Part shown: positions 26,766 to 36,826 of the stretch, piece by piece
How positions within the stretch are numbered: position 1 is the first letter of the stretch
Layout: each line of letters starts with the position of its first letter
Virus record (IMG/VR): IMGVR_UViG_3300025769_000166
Span: 1-52,673 of that record
Length of the DNA stretch: 52,673 nt
Source of the DNA: a virus
Lineage: Duplodnaviria; Caudoviricetes
Reading direction: 5' to 3' (one strand)
Program-made: the position numbers and the translations under genes
The notes under the pieces: model-generated
Databases searched by the model: none
What the model was told of the DNA's origin: nothing
The model's input: only the letters and a program-made list of their open reading frames with translations

Positions 26766-27150
26766 GACAGCAAAGAAAACCAAAGGGGCTCTCTGGAAGA
26801 GAATCGTGGCCAACGTAAAGGCTGGGGGCAAAGGCGGGAGGCCTGGGCAATGGTCTGCTCGTAAGGCTCAGATAGCCACAGCTAAATACAAGGAAGCTGG
26901 AGGCGGATACAAGGGTAAGAAGTCCAGTAGCAACAGCCTCTCTAAGTGGAGCAAGCAGAAGTGGCGAACATCAGACGGGAGTAAGTCTGAGGGTAAAAAA
27001 AGGTACTTGCCTGACGCGGCTTGGAAGGCTCTTTCGCCTGCTGAAAAAGCAGCTACAAATAGAGCCAAAGCAGAGGGAAATAAAAAGGGGAAGCAGTTTG
27101 TTTCTCAGCCTAAGAATATTAAAAATAAGGTGGCAAAATATCGTAATTAA
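26758..27150 (+). CDS. Basic phage protein (DUF5872-like)
   Basis: GGKGGRPGQWSARKAQ...YKEAGGGY...LSKW..QKW...RYLP signature. Confidence 0.8.
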   Translation: MAKTAKKTKGALWKRIVANVKAGGKGGRPGQWSARKAQIATAKYKEAGGGYKGKKSSSNSLSKWSKQKWRTSDGSKSEGKKRYLPDAAWKALSPAEKAATNRAKAEGNKKGKQFVSQPKNIKNKVAKYRN

Positions 27151-27158
27151 TTCACACT

Positions 27159-27167
27159 TATATTTGC
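27159..27167 (+). promoter_or_regulatory. TATATTTGC -7 promoter element for the scaffold-MCP operon
   Basis: 14 nt between TTTG and ATG 27181. Confidence 0.7.
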
Positions 27168-27180
27168 TAAAATTTAATTT

Positions 27181-28248
27181 ATGTCAGAGGAAATTAATCC
27201 TAACGAACAGCCGCAAGGGGAAGACCTGAGCAACTGGTCGTTTGCAGAGGAAAGTGAAGTGCTTGCAGCTCAACAGGCTGAAGAGCAGACGATGGATGGG
27301 TCATTCCAGGAAACCGAAACGGTTGAGGAAAACTCTCCTGAAATTGAGACCTCAACGGAGGGAACTCATAGTGAACATATAGAAGAATACGACCAGGAAG
27401 AGGTCGAAGACGCGGTCCTTGATTACTTGAGCGAAAGGCTTGGTTACGAGGTGGAGTCTTTGGATCAACTCTTGGGAGTAGAGCAGCAGCAAACAGAGTT
27501 TGATGAACGTATTGAGGCTATCGTAAACTTCGTCGAAGAGACGGGGAGAGACCCTCAGGACTGGTTCATTTATCAGCAGCTTAACCCCTCCGAAATGGAT
27601 GACGTTACTGCAATACAAGTAAAGCTGTCTAGTGACTATCCAAACCTGTCTCAGGATGAGGTCGTCACTTTGATGAATAACAAATACAAACTCGATCCCG
27701 ATCTACACTCAGAAGAGGAGGTGAAAGTTTCGCAGCTGCAGCTCAAGATTGACGCTCAGAATGCTAGGGATGGAATTGACGAACTTCGAGAGAAGTACGC
27801 CGCCCCTGAGTACGATGAGTCTGAAGATCTTGGGAACCTTTTCGATGAGGATTGGTATAATTCCATGGAGGCTGAGACTGATGCTTTAGACGGAGTCGAG
27901 TTTGATCTCGGTAACGGACAGAGCTTTACGTTTGGACTTGATGACAATTACCGAGATGAACTCATTGATAAGAACGCTCGACTTGACGAGTTCTTTGATC
28001 CCTACGTCCAAAGGGATGGTAGTTGGGACTATGACAAGCTGAATGTTCACAGGGCTGTAATTGACAACATGGAACAGATTGTCCAAGCTGTATATAAGCA
28101 GGGCATGAGTGACGGTCAAAGAGGCATTGTGAATCAAGCAGCTAACGTCGGAATACCTTCTCCGAATCAAGGGGGGCAACAACAGGAAGACAATCTTTCC
28201 AAGCAGCTTAGAGAAGCTCTTGGTGGTGACTCGACCTGGTCTTTTTAA
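27181..28248 (+). CDS. Acidic capsid scaffold-like protein
   Basis: 355 aa, very D/E-rich and helical; directly upstream of the MCP as in crAss-like phages. Confidence 0.7.
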   Translation: MSEEINPNEQPQGEDLSNWSFAEESEVLAAQQAEEQTMDGSFQETETVEENSPEIETSTEGTHSEHIEEYDQEEVEDAVLDYLSERLGYEVESLDQLLGVEQQQTEFDERIEAIVNFVEETGRDPQDWFIYQQLNPSEMDDVTAIQVKLSSDYPNLSQDEVVTLMNNKYKLDPDLHSEEEVKVSQLQLKIDAQNARDGIDELREKYAAPEYDESEDLGNLFDEDWYNSMEAETDALDGVEFDLGNGQSFTFGLDDNYRDELIDKNARLDEFFDPYVQRDGSWDYDKLNVHRAVIDNMEQIVQAVYKQGMSDGQRGIVNQAANVGIPSPNQGGQQQEDNLSKQLREALGGDSTWSF

Positions 28249-28278
28249 CAACAACAAAAACAACAAAACATATAAGCT

Positions 28279-29700
28279 ATGGCTATTAACCAAGCCCATA
28301 CTGACGTCAACAACCTTCTAAAGTCGGCGCCAGACAAATACATCTCCCTTGGGGAGTTGATGAAGTACGCAAAGCCCGATAACAGGGACTTGCTGATTAA
28401 AACCTATGGTGATCAGGGTATTACTGGTTTCCTTGAGCTGACGGGTGCTACCCGATCTTCTGGTGTTCAGGACGAAGTCCAATACTGGGAGGAGGGTCGT
28501 CTCCACAGGAAGTTCACTGGAACTCTTGCGACCGACGGTACTCTGTCGGTTACTGAAGTTAGTGGAGCAACCTCAGGCGACTACTTCGACAACGGTGGTG
28601 TCCCATGCAGACTGAACGACGTTATTATGGACTCCAACGGTTTCCGTTACGTTGTTACCGCTGTTACCGCTGATTCTGACCTCGCTACCTCTGCTGGCGA
28701 TGGTCCTTCTGTGACTGTTAAGCGTCTCGATGGTGCGAGCGCTACCACGGCGATCACTGCTCTCGATACTTTTATCGTTATTGGTAACATTCACGCTCAA
28801 GGAACCAAGCAGCCGAACAAGTTCTACCAGACGGACGTGACCAAGAGAACCAACCCCTTCCTCATCACGAAGGAGACGTACCACGTCAATGGTTCTCAAG
28901 CTACGAACATCGGATGGATCAACATCGGCAACGGTGATTATCGCTGGTACGTAAAGGGTGAAATGGACACGCGGAAGCGTTTCATGGATCAGAGAGAGAT
29001 GATGATGCTGTTCTCCGAGAAGGTGAGTAGCGGAAACATCACCATCCCGAACAGCCCGACCGATACTTCTGCTGCTGGTAAGATCACTGGATCTGAAGGT
29101 TACTTCCAGGCTGTAGAGGATCGCGGAATCACCACTGACGGATTTGGCACTGGAGCAACGTTTACTGATATTGACAATATCATCTTCGAGCTCGACAAGC
29201 AGGGTGCTCCTAGCGAGTACGCTATGTACGTCGACAACGTGACGAGCCTCAATATCGATGACATGTTGGCTACTGGATTGGCTACTACGGCTGCTCTGAG
29301 CAACGGATTGCCTGGTCAGTTCGGTGCGTTCAACAACGACCGTGACATGGCCGTTCAGCTCGGCTTCAAGAGCTTCACTCGTGGTGGATACACCTTCCAC
29401 AAGCACGACTGGAAGCTTATGAATGACCCGCAGTTGCTCGGCGCATTCACCACTAAGCCTTACAGAGGTGCCATGGTTCCGATGACGCAAGTAGCTGACG
29501 CCAAGACTGGCGTTAAGGCTCCTGCTTTGGAAATGAACTACAAGGAGACCAACGGTTACAGCAGAGAGCTGGAGCACTGGGTTGAAGGTGGTGGCGTTCT
29601 CGGCTTCAAGACGAACGACGAGGACGTGGCTAAGTTCCACTACCGTTCTGAGTGCAACCTCATCACCCGCGCTGCTAACAAGCACGTGGTGTTGAACTAA
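28279..29700 (+). CDS. Major capsid protein (crAss-like)
   Basis: YGDQGITGFL, WEEGRLH, GSEGYF, LGFKSFTRGGYTFHK, HYRSE; strong C-ending codon bias; followed by a strong hairpin. Confidence 0.9.
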   Translation: MAINQAHTDVNNLLKSAPDKYISLGELMKYAKPDNRDLLIKTYGDQGITGFLELTGATRSSGVQDEVQYWEEGRLHRKFTGTLATDGTLSVTEVSGATSGDYFDNGGVPCRLNDVIMDSNGFRYVVTAVTADSDLATSAGDGPSVTVKRLDGASATTAITALDTFIVIGNIHAQGTKQPNKFYQTDVTKRTNPFLITKETYHVNGSQATNIGWINIGNGDYRWYVKGEMDTRKRFMDQREMMMLFSEKVSSGNITIPNSPTDTSAAGKITGSEGYFQAVEDRGITTDGFGTGATFTDIDNIIFELDKQGAPSEYAMYVDNVTSLNIDDMLATGLATTAALSNGLPGQFGAFNNDRDMAVQLGFKSFTRGGYTFHKHDWKLMNDPQLLGAFTTKPYRGAMVPMTQVADAKTGVKAPALEMNYKETNGYSRELEHWVEGGGVLGFKTNDEDVAKFHYRSECNLITRAANKHVVLN

Positions 29701-29709
29701 TACGACTCG

Positions 29710-29760
29710 GTAAGGGAAGGGGAGGAGAAAGGCTTCTCCCCTCTCTTACTACTTATTTAA
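29710..29760 (+). terminator. Hairpin terminator after the MCP
   Basis: gtaagggaaggggaggag-aaagg-cttctcccctctcttac followed by an A/T-rich run. Confidence 0.75.
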
Positions 29761-29772
29761 ATCTTAAATTCA

Positions 29773-30600
29773 ATGACTAATACAACTACCAAGCGGGGTC
29801 CTGGCCGACCCGCTAAAACAACTACGGCTAAACCAACTGCTAAAGCAGTAAGCTCAAAGCCTAAGACTCAGATCAAGAGGCAAGAGAAAACAAAAGCTAT
29901 TCTTGAGTACACCACCTTGAGAAAAAAAGGGGCTGTACACTTGATGAAGCAGACTGGCGTTACAGTTCACGATAAAGAACAAGATGTAATTAGAGCCATC
30001 CGATACTGCCCTTCTGAAACTTCTATTTACGTAGATGAACAATCCGAGTTCGCTAGACAAGAAGCTATCGTTTTTAATGATGGTAGGCTTTTTGTTCGTC
30101 CAGAACAACCCAACCTAAGGGAGTATATGGAAGTCCACCCTGGAAACATAAAAAACGGAGGAAGCTTGTTTAAGTTGGAGAACAAGGAGGAAAAGGCTGA
30201 GCTGAAAGTAGATCAGGAATTTTTGGTTGCTGACGCTGTCTCTCTGGTTCGTGATAAAGACCTAAACGACCTTCTTGGTGTGGCTGTATCTCTCGGAATG
30301 AATGTAGACCGCCCAGTAAACGAAATCAAGCACGACCTGCTTATATACGCAAAAAAGAACCCTAAGGGATTCATTGACTCCTTCGACAATCCCACTGTAG
30401 AGATGAAGGCGAAGATCCGTCAGGCGGCTAAGTTCCAGATATTGAAAATGAGTAACGACGGGGTACGTTGGTACGATTCTAACCAGCTCATCGTTTCCGT
30501 TCCTGCTGGAAAAGACCCTCTAGATGTGTTTGTGAGGTATTGTCTCACTGAATCTGCAGTTCCTGTCGTTGAGGAGATTGAAAAGCAACTGAACCGATAA
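29773..30600 (+). CDS. Conserved crAss-like post-MCP protein
   Basis: IRYCPSETSIYVDEQ, IVFNDGRLFV, HPGN; position matches the conserved gene after the MCP in crAss-like phages. Confidence 0.75.
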   Translation: MTNTTTKRGPGRPAKTTTAKPTAKAVSSKPKTQIKRQEKTKAILEYTTLRKKGAVHLMKQTGVTVHDKEQDVIRAIRYCPSETSIYVDEQSEFARQEAIVFNDGRLFVRPEQPNLREYMEVHPGNIKNGGSLFKLENKEEKAELKVDQEFLVADAVSLVRDKDLNDLLGVAVSLGMNVDRPVNEIKHDLLIYAKKNPKGFIDSFDNPTVEMKAKIRQAAKFQILKMSNDGVRWYDSNQLIVSVPAGKDPLDVFVRYCLTESAVPVVEEIEKQLNR

Positions 30601-30618
30601 TCAGCATTACAGCCTACT

Positions 30619-30650
30619 GAAAGAGCCGCCTAGCGCGGCTTTTTCTTTTT
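30619..30650 (+). terminator. Rho-independent terminator
   Basis: gaaagagccgc-ctagc-gcggctttttc then ttttt. Confidence 0.85.
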
Positions 30651-30651
30651 G

Positions 30652-30660
30652 TATATTTGC
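30652..30660 (+). promoter_or_regulatory. TATATTTGC -7 promoter element
   Basis: Abuts the terminator; 4 nt between TTTG and ATG 30664. Confidence 0.7.
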
Positions 30661-30663
30661 TTT

Positions 30664-31419
30664 ATGGCAAGCGTTCAAGCCGTATATAACACCCTTAAGG
30701 ATGCAGTGAACAAAGAGCAGCGTGGCTTTGTCACCCCTGCTATGTTCAACAACTTTGCCCAAGTGGCTCAGATGAACATCTACAACAGGCTCTTTGAGGA
30801 TATGAAGGAAGCTCACAGGAGAGACAGGGCAGGGTTTAACCCCAAAGATGACAAGTCCTATTACAAGCGTGCTGAGGAGGAGCTGGCATACTTCGCTAAG
30901 TCGGCAACGATAACCAAGTCTAACGGGGTGTTTGACAAGGACCCCAACGGCGATTTGTCTAGGATTATATCGGCTTCTACGTTCGGCACTATCATCATGG
31001 GGACTTCTACCACCGTCCCTATCGAGATGTGCTACGACGAGGGTAAGATTGAAAGGATATTGATTAGCGACCTGGCCGCCCCTAGTGAGCAGAACCCTGT
31101 AGCGCTTGTTTCAGAGAACATAGAAGTTTTCCCATCTAGCATAGGCAGGATCAAGCTTCGATACTACAAGTACCCTCAAGGGAAGAACATACTTACTGGG
31201 GCGCGTACCGCCGCCCTTCCGAGCTACGCAGTGACAGCCGTTGATGGAAACGACACCTTCGACCCCTCTCTCAGCGTAGACTTTGAATTGACAGATCGTT
31301 ACCTCTCAGATCTGGTCTATGAGGTGGCCCAGCTTGCTGGGTTGTCTATTAGAGATATGAACGTAGTTAATTTAATGCAAACAGAAGAGGATGAAAACCA
31401 AAGAGATAGAACCTTCTGA
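30664..31419 (+). CDS. Tail ring / head-tail adaptor protein
   Basis: Start re-assigned to ATG 30664; VYNTL..AVNKEQRGFVTP..FN..AQ motif typical of crAss-like ring proteins. Confidence 0.75.
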   Translation: MASVQAVYNTLKDAVNKEQRGFVTPAMFNNFAQVAQMNIYNRLFEDMKEAHRRDRAGFNPKDDKSYYKRAEEELAYFAKSATITKSNGVFDKDPNGDLSRIISASTFGTIIMGTSTTVPIEMCYDEGKIERILISDLAAPSEQNPVALVSENIEVFPSSIGRIKLRYYKYPQGKNILTGARTAALPSYAVTAVDGNDTFDPSLSVDFELTDRYLSDLVYEVAQLAGLSIRDMNVVNLMQTEEDENQRDRTF

Positions 31420-32219
31420 TGGCAAAGAACTACATAAAAGTATCGCAAGTAGTCAATGACTTCATTGTAACCCAGGATCACGACGACTATGCTGGCCACG
31501 TTCCAGAAACGAGCGTAAGGACACAAGCCTTGCGCGGAGTAAGGGAGATGGGGTTTGACATGCTGCAGGTTGTCAGGTCGCTCAAGCTTACGGTAGACAC
31601 AGCAACAGATTCTGTTGAGTTACCCTGCGACTATGTAGACTGGACAAAAATCGGAGTGGTAGGAACTGACGGGTTGGTGTATGTACTTGGGCACAACAAA
31701 AATATCAACTACTCCCAGAAGATGAAGGAGTGTGGTGAGTGCGAAGACAGGGAAGACTCTAAGACGGGTACAGCTGGATTCTCTACCGTTGGTGGCGATG
31801 GGATCAAAAGCGGATTTGACTCTCACATCTTCAGAAATTTCATATACCAGAACAACGAGGGGAGACTGTACGGTCTTGGCGGGGGAACGCTTTACGGTCA
31901 ATTTAGAGTAAACCTAGATCAGAACAGAATTGAGCTGTCTGTAAATTCTGATATAAGTGAAATTGTTCTTGAGTACATAGCCGACGAAGCTAGAGCGGAA
32001 GACCCTAGCGTACACATCTATGCAGAGCAAGCACTTAGGAGCTATATATACTACAGGATTATAGAGAGAAAATCTTCTGTTCCTGCTAACGAAAAGGCCA
32101 GGGCTAGACAAGAGTACTACAATGAACTCCGAAAAGCTAATGCTAGGATGAAATCCTTTACAAAGGAGGAGCTGCTCAAGACGATTAGAAAGAACTCAAA
32201 GCAAGCACCTAAGTTGTAA
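31419..32219 (+). CDS. Second tail ring protein
   Basis: LPCDYVDWTKIG, IVLEYIAD; lies between ring and muzzle genes. Confidence 0.75.
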   Translation: MAKNYIKVSQVVNDFIVTQDHDDYAGHVPETSVRTQALRGVREMGFDMLQVVRSLKLTVDTATDSVELPCDYVDWTKIGVVGTDGLVYVLGHNKNINYSQKMKECGECEDREDSKTGTAGFSTVGGDGIKSGFDSHIFRNFIYQNNEGRLYGLGGGTLYGQFRVNLDQNRIELSVNSDISEIVLEYIADEARAEDPSVHIYAEQALRSYIYYRIIERKSSVPANEKARARQEYYNELRKANARMKSFTKEELLKTIRKNSKQAPKL

Positions 32220-35200
32220 TGGCGATAGATAAGTTTGTACCAAGGCAGCTAAATACTGACGTCGATCAGAGGTATCTCCAAGAGGGAGAAATGATCGATG
32301 CTATAAATATTAGCTTCAATGAGGATGGACCTAACAGTGAGGTTGTTCTTAAGAACGAGCGTGGTACTCAGACGTATCTAGCAGCTACGGTTAATGACGT
32401 CGTTCCAGATTACCCAATGACGGTAATAGGCTCTGTATCTGACGTTCAGCGGCGCAGAATATACTTCTTTGCTGCCGCCGACGTTGATGGTCCAGAGCGT
32501 TACGATATGATATTCATGCTGGACATGGAGACTCAGCTTTATAGTATCGTTTTTAGATCTATATCTAATGTGTCTTCTAATCAGTCGTTAAACTTCGATC
32601 CTAATTCATTTATAAAAGCTGACGTACTTAACAGAGACATACAGAGAAACGACACAATTCAATCTATACTGTTCTTTACTGACAACATAAACCCACCTAG
32701 AAAGCTGAACGTTGACAGGGCTTTTGCTGGAGACTATCAAGAGTTTACTGGTGATAATCCATCTGCTGAGTTTGACTTTGTATTTAATGTCGCTGTCGGG
32801 GCTCCAACCAGAAACCCAACCTTTGTATTTGAGACCGACGAAGACTTAGGAGAAAACAACCTTAAAGGAAAATGTTTTCAGTTTGCCACTCAGTTTGTTT
32901 ATGTAGACGGAGAGGAGTCCGCAATATCTCCGTATTCTTCTCTTGCCTTTGTAGACGAAACGTCTGAGTCGCAGGTGCTGGCTATCGGGATGCCAGTCGT
33001 TCTGGCGTCTCCAAGAAGTAGATTTAATGTGTGCGCTATAGACACAAAGTTTTCAAATAGCAATCCGTTTGTTGGAGGGGTATACGATTCTGTATTGACG
33101 CCAGAAGTTGTAGAGTTGAGACTTCTTGGAAGAGAAGATAATGACGGGTCGTGGTTTGTTATAGATGAGTTTGACCCAAGAGAGGATCTTGTAAAAACAA
33201 GGTATGACATTGACGGGCAATTGGTCGACACTGTATACAATGCAAACACTGGGATCTATAGGTTTACTAACAACAGTAGCTACAGAACCGTACCTTCTAT
33301 TACAACCGACAAGCTTTATGATAACGTACCTAGGATTGCTAGAGGACAGGCGATATCAGGAAACAGACTCGTATACTCTAATTACCTAGAGGGATATAAT
33401 AACGAAGATACAGATCTAGTCCAGAATGTTAAAATAACGCCTGTTTACCCAACAGGGGCGGAAGGGGGTGCTGATAATGAAATTGGTCAAGGGTTTCAAA
33501 ATTGGAACGGCACAGCTGGAGAAATTACAGTAGACTGGAACCAAATATTTAGTAGCGGAGACCCAGACGAAGGATCGTCGGTAGGTATTGAACTCACCTG
33601 GACCATAAACAATAACAACACAGTAACAAACAACGACACTGTAGCTCTAATACAGTTAGAGGGTGTTGATTCTTCAGGGGATAGAGTTGTAGTGGGACGA
33701 GGTGGCAGCGATCAAGGTTTTGAATACGATTATGTAAACATTGGATCTGGGTCATACACTTTCAATTTTAACTACGTAGTACAAGCTGGCGACACTATAA
33801 ACGATGTGTCTAATGCTTTTGCCGAATACGTTCAGGAACTTTTATGGGCGAACTATTTCAACGAAGACACCATGTCTTTCAAGACGTTGGGGTCTAACGA
33901 AGACCAGCTTGATGTTGGAAATCAGTCTGATTACACTACGTCTCCATACACAATATCTCCTGACGGCAATGATGTAGTTAGCGTGACTCAGTCATGGCGT
34001 TTTAACGGGGAATCAACTGGGGGTGTAACTACAATAACACCGACAATAACGTTCATGTCCGCGTATGGGGAGGGAGATTACGCTACCTACAATGTAGGGG
34101 GCGGTGGCGGCACTCCTGGGGGCCCTGGAGGATTTGATCCTGGAGGGGTAGATGGTATTGGTGGTGGTGGCTTTGATGGTGAAACTGAAGGTGACCTTAC
34201 TGAAGAATGGTGGAATATACAATTTCAAAGTGAAGATTTTAGTCTGAACCCAACCGAAGAGGTTTATACATGGAACAATGTTAATCTTGTTGGTAGTGTA
34301 ACAACGACTCGAAGGGCGAACGCCGTTCCGTCTTTTAAGGCTGGGTCTAGCCATGAATTTGGCCTCATGTACTACGATGAGTACAATAGGAATGGTCCAT
34401 TCATAAGCCTTGGAAGTTCATACGCTCGTTTAGCTCACGAAAGGGGACTTGTTCAAGGTAAAGGGGCTGTCGGTTTTATATTTGAGTTCCCCCCTTCCGC
34501 TGACGACTTAATTCCAGATTGGGCTAGGAGTTACAAAATACTATACAGCGGATCTCAATTCCAGTCTGTTTTTACTGGTGTGGTATCAAACGCCTTTGTA
34601 TCTACTGACGCAGTGCATCAAGGTGAGCCAGCAACTGGCGCAGGTGCTACGGCTTCAGATTTCGATGAGAGCAGAAGGCATATATATGTCTCAATACAAA
34701 ACATTGAGGATATGCAGTCCGAGATGGATGTAAAGACATCTTACGATTTTGCTGAAGGCGATATACTTAGGGTGACAAGCTACTATTCGGCGGCTGATGG
34801 AGAGAGGGTATACCCAGAAGCGGGTACATTACAAGATCCCAAAACCATAGAGTTTGAGGTGGTTAAGACAGTTATCTTTGAAGACGACTTCAACAATCCT
34901 CTTAGGGTTGGAACTTACAACCAAGGAGACCTTAAAGACAACGGTAAAGTAGGTAGGTTCCTTGTTCTTCGGGCCCCAGAGGTGGATGCTGGATTGTTGC
35001 AGTACGAGGGTTTTGACTGGTTTAGTATAGCAGAGAGTCAAAATACAATACAAGGAACACCCGTTGAATATCCAGACGGCACAGCAGCTAATCCAACTAA
35101 CTACTGGAAACAGGAATGCGTAGTAGAGATAGTAAGCCCAAGAAAAAACACAGATAGGCGCCTGTTTTATGAAATAACTGATTATGTACAAACTGGCACT

Positions 35201-36811
35201 AGAAGGTACACCCCTGCTGAAGCTCAGCTTTATGGTAACCACGGAAGGGCAATAATAACTTATAACGGGGATGTGTTCTTTAGACCTTCGATAAGCAACA
35301 TAAACTCTGTTGACACCTCTGGCGCGACACCCGTTTGGAGTTCCGACCCCAAAGACAGGTTATACAAGTCTATATCTATGGAATCGGATAGGTTCTCCGA
35401 CAAAAGAACCAGAACCGACTGGGGAAAGGGCAGAGCGCATATACCACTAAAAGACAACCAACAAAGAAGAAGGTTAAACGGAATAACGTACAGTGATGCC
35501 GTTGTAGCTGACCTGAACACGCTATACACGTCTTCTTTTGACAAGAATCAAAACAACTACTTAGATCTAAACGCCTCTTATGGTGCGGTAAACTATATAG
35601 GTAGCATGGGGGAGAACCTCATGGCACTGCAAGAAAACAAGGTGTCTAGGCTGTCAGTGGATAGGCAGGTAGTTAAGTCTGCTGGAGGTTCTGATGTAGC
35701 GCTATCTCTTTCGTCATCTCCGTTTAACGTAGATATATACTTCTCTGGAGATTACGGGGTAGGTAATAACCCCGAATCCGTTCTGATACAGGACAGTCAG
35801 TTGTTCTTTGCCGATGTATCCCGATCAGCGATATGCAGGCTTGCATCAAGTCAGTTATACCCTATCTCAGAAAAAAACACCAAAAACCTGTTTAACAACA
35901 GGTTCAATACATTTAGGGCGTTTAATAACGGGAAGATTGTTTCTGGATACAATCCAGATACAGACATGTACTATGCCACCTTCCTTATGGGTAACAACAG
36001 CGATACGATTGGATATAGCGTATTTGGTGGATCAGGCGGCGATGGAGCATGGATAAGTAGATACACGTTCTACCCTACTAACTATGCAAATCAAGATAAC
36101 TATATGTTGTCTACTTTGTATTACGACCCAAATGCTGAAAATCCTTATGATCAGCAGTTGATCCACAGGCATAGTTCTAACAACTACAACACCTTCTATG
36201 GGCAGTTTAATCAGTCAGACTTTACATATGTTTCTAAGGTCGACCCTAGCAAGGTAAAGGTATACGATGTAATATCTCACGAAGGCAATTCCAATAACTG
36301 GGTGGTTGAGTCAATCAACACTAATTTGATGGGTGCTAACGATAACGCTGGCACGTTGGCTTTTGTAGAAAGGGAAGGTTCTTACTTCGCGTATATTACA
36401 AGAGATCCTGGAGGTAGCAAGCACGTAAGGATGCTAGGAAGAATAGATACTTCAACGTTCAACAGTATAACATTTCAAAACAGAATAAATAATATGTCTG
36501 TTCCTGCAAATGCAGAGCTTATGCTTGTTTTGAACGGAAATTTAGTTAGTATTTCTAGCAATACTGATCAGGTCCTTGTGGAGTCACTTACTGATTCTAA
36601 AACGGTTGAGTCTCAGAACTCTAACATTGACGTCAACCTCGCATTAAATGGAAGCGATATAGCAATACGGACCCCAGCTATATTGGATAGCGATCCTATT
36701 AGGGGTCACTATGCTACAATAAGAATGACTAATAATTCCGCACAACAGTTTGAACTGTACTGCGTTAACACATTAACAACCCCGTCCTTGTTGCATCACA
36801 ATAGAGGATAA
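32219..36811 (+). CDS. Tail muzzle / stabilisation protein (P22 gp10-like, crAss muzzle)
   Basis: LNTDVDQRYL..GE..DAINI, LFFTDNINPPRKLN, YVDGEESAISP, GNRLVYSNY, YGVGNNPES, IRGHY motifs. Confidence 0.85.
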   Translation: MAIDKFVPRQLNTDVDQRYLQEGEMIDAINISFNEDGPNSEVVLKNERGTQTYLAATVNDVVPDYPMTVIGSVSDVQRRRIYFFAAADVDGPERYDMIFMLDMETQLYSIVFRSISNVSSNQSLNFDPNSFIKADVLNRDIQRNDTIQSILFFTDNINPPRKLNVDRAFAGDYQEFTGDNPSAEFDFVFNVAVGAPTRNPTFVFETDEDLGENNLKGKCFQFATQFVYVDGEESAISPYSSLAFVDETSESQVLAIGMPVVLASPRSRFNVCAIDTKFSNSNPFVGGVYDSVLTPEVVELRLLGREDNDGSWFVIDEFDPREDLVKTRYDIDGQLVDTVYNANTGIYRFTNNSSYRTVPSITTDKLYDNVPRIARGQAISGNRLVYSNYLEGYNNEDTDLVQNVKITPVYPTGAEGGADNEIGQGFQNWNGTAGEITVDWNQIFSSGDPDEGSSVGIELTWTINNNNTVTNNDTVALIQLEGVDSSGDRVVVGRGGSDQGFEYDYVNIGSGSYTFNFNYVVQAGDTINDVSNAFAEYVQELLWANYFNEDTMSFKTLGSNEDQLDVGNQSDYTTSPYTISPDGNDVVSVTQSWRFNGESTGGVTTITPTITFMSAYGEGDYATYNVGGGGGTPGGPGGFDPGGVDGIGGGGFDGETEGDLTEEWWNIQFQSEDFSLNPTEEVYTWNNVNLVGSVTTTRRANAVPSFKAGSSHEFGLMYYDEYNRNGPFISLGSSYARLAHERGLVQGKGAVGFIFEFPPSADDLIPDWARSYKILYSGSQFQSVFTGVVSNAFVSTDAVHQGEPATGAGATASDFDESRRHIYVSIQNIEDMQSEMDVKTSYDFAEGDILRVTSYYSAADGERVYPEAGTLQDPKTIEFEVVKTVIFEDDFNNPLRVGTYNQGDLKDNGKVGRFLVLRAPEVDAGLLQYEGFDWFSIAESQNTIQGTPVEYPDGTAANPTNYWKQECVVEIVSPRKNTDRRLFYEITDYVQTGTRRYTPAEAQLYGNHGRAIITYNGDVFFRPSISNINSVDTSGATPVWSSDPKDRLYKSISMESDRFSDKRTRTDWGKGRAHIPLKDNQQRRRLNGITYSDAVVADLNTLYTSSFDKNQNNYLDLNASYGAVNYIGSMGENLMALQENKVSRLSVDRQVVKSAGGSDVALSLSSSPFNVDIYFSGDYGVGNNPESVLIQDSQLFFADVSRSAICRLASSQLYPISEKNTKNLFNNRFNTFRAFNNGKIVSGYNPDTDMYYATFLMGNNSDTIGYSVFGGSGGDGAWISRYTFYPTNYANQDNYMLSTLYYDPNAENPYDQQLIHRHSSNNYNTFYGQFNQSDFTYVSKVDPSKVKVYDVISHEGNSNNWVVESINTNLMGANDNAGTLAFVEREGSYFAYITRDPGGSKHVRMLGRIDTSTFNSITFQNRINNMSVPANAELMLVLNGNLVSISSNTDQVLVESLTDSKTVESQNSNIDVNLALNGSDIAIRTPAILDSDPIRGHYATIRMTNNSAQQFELYCVNTLTTPSLLHHNRG

Positions 36812-36815
36812 CAAT

Positions 36816-36824
36816 TATATTTGC
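36816..36824 (+). promoter_or_regulatory. TATATTTGC -7 promoter element
   Basis: 3 nt between TTTG and ATG 36827. Confidence 0.7.
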
Positions 36825-36826
36825 AT

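Noticed and set aside
28573-29685. 370-aa antisense ORF over the MCP
   Set aside because: Shadow of strong codon bias in the MCP; no recognisable motifs or promoter.
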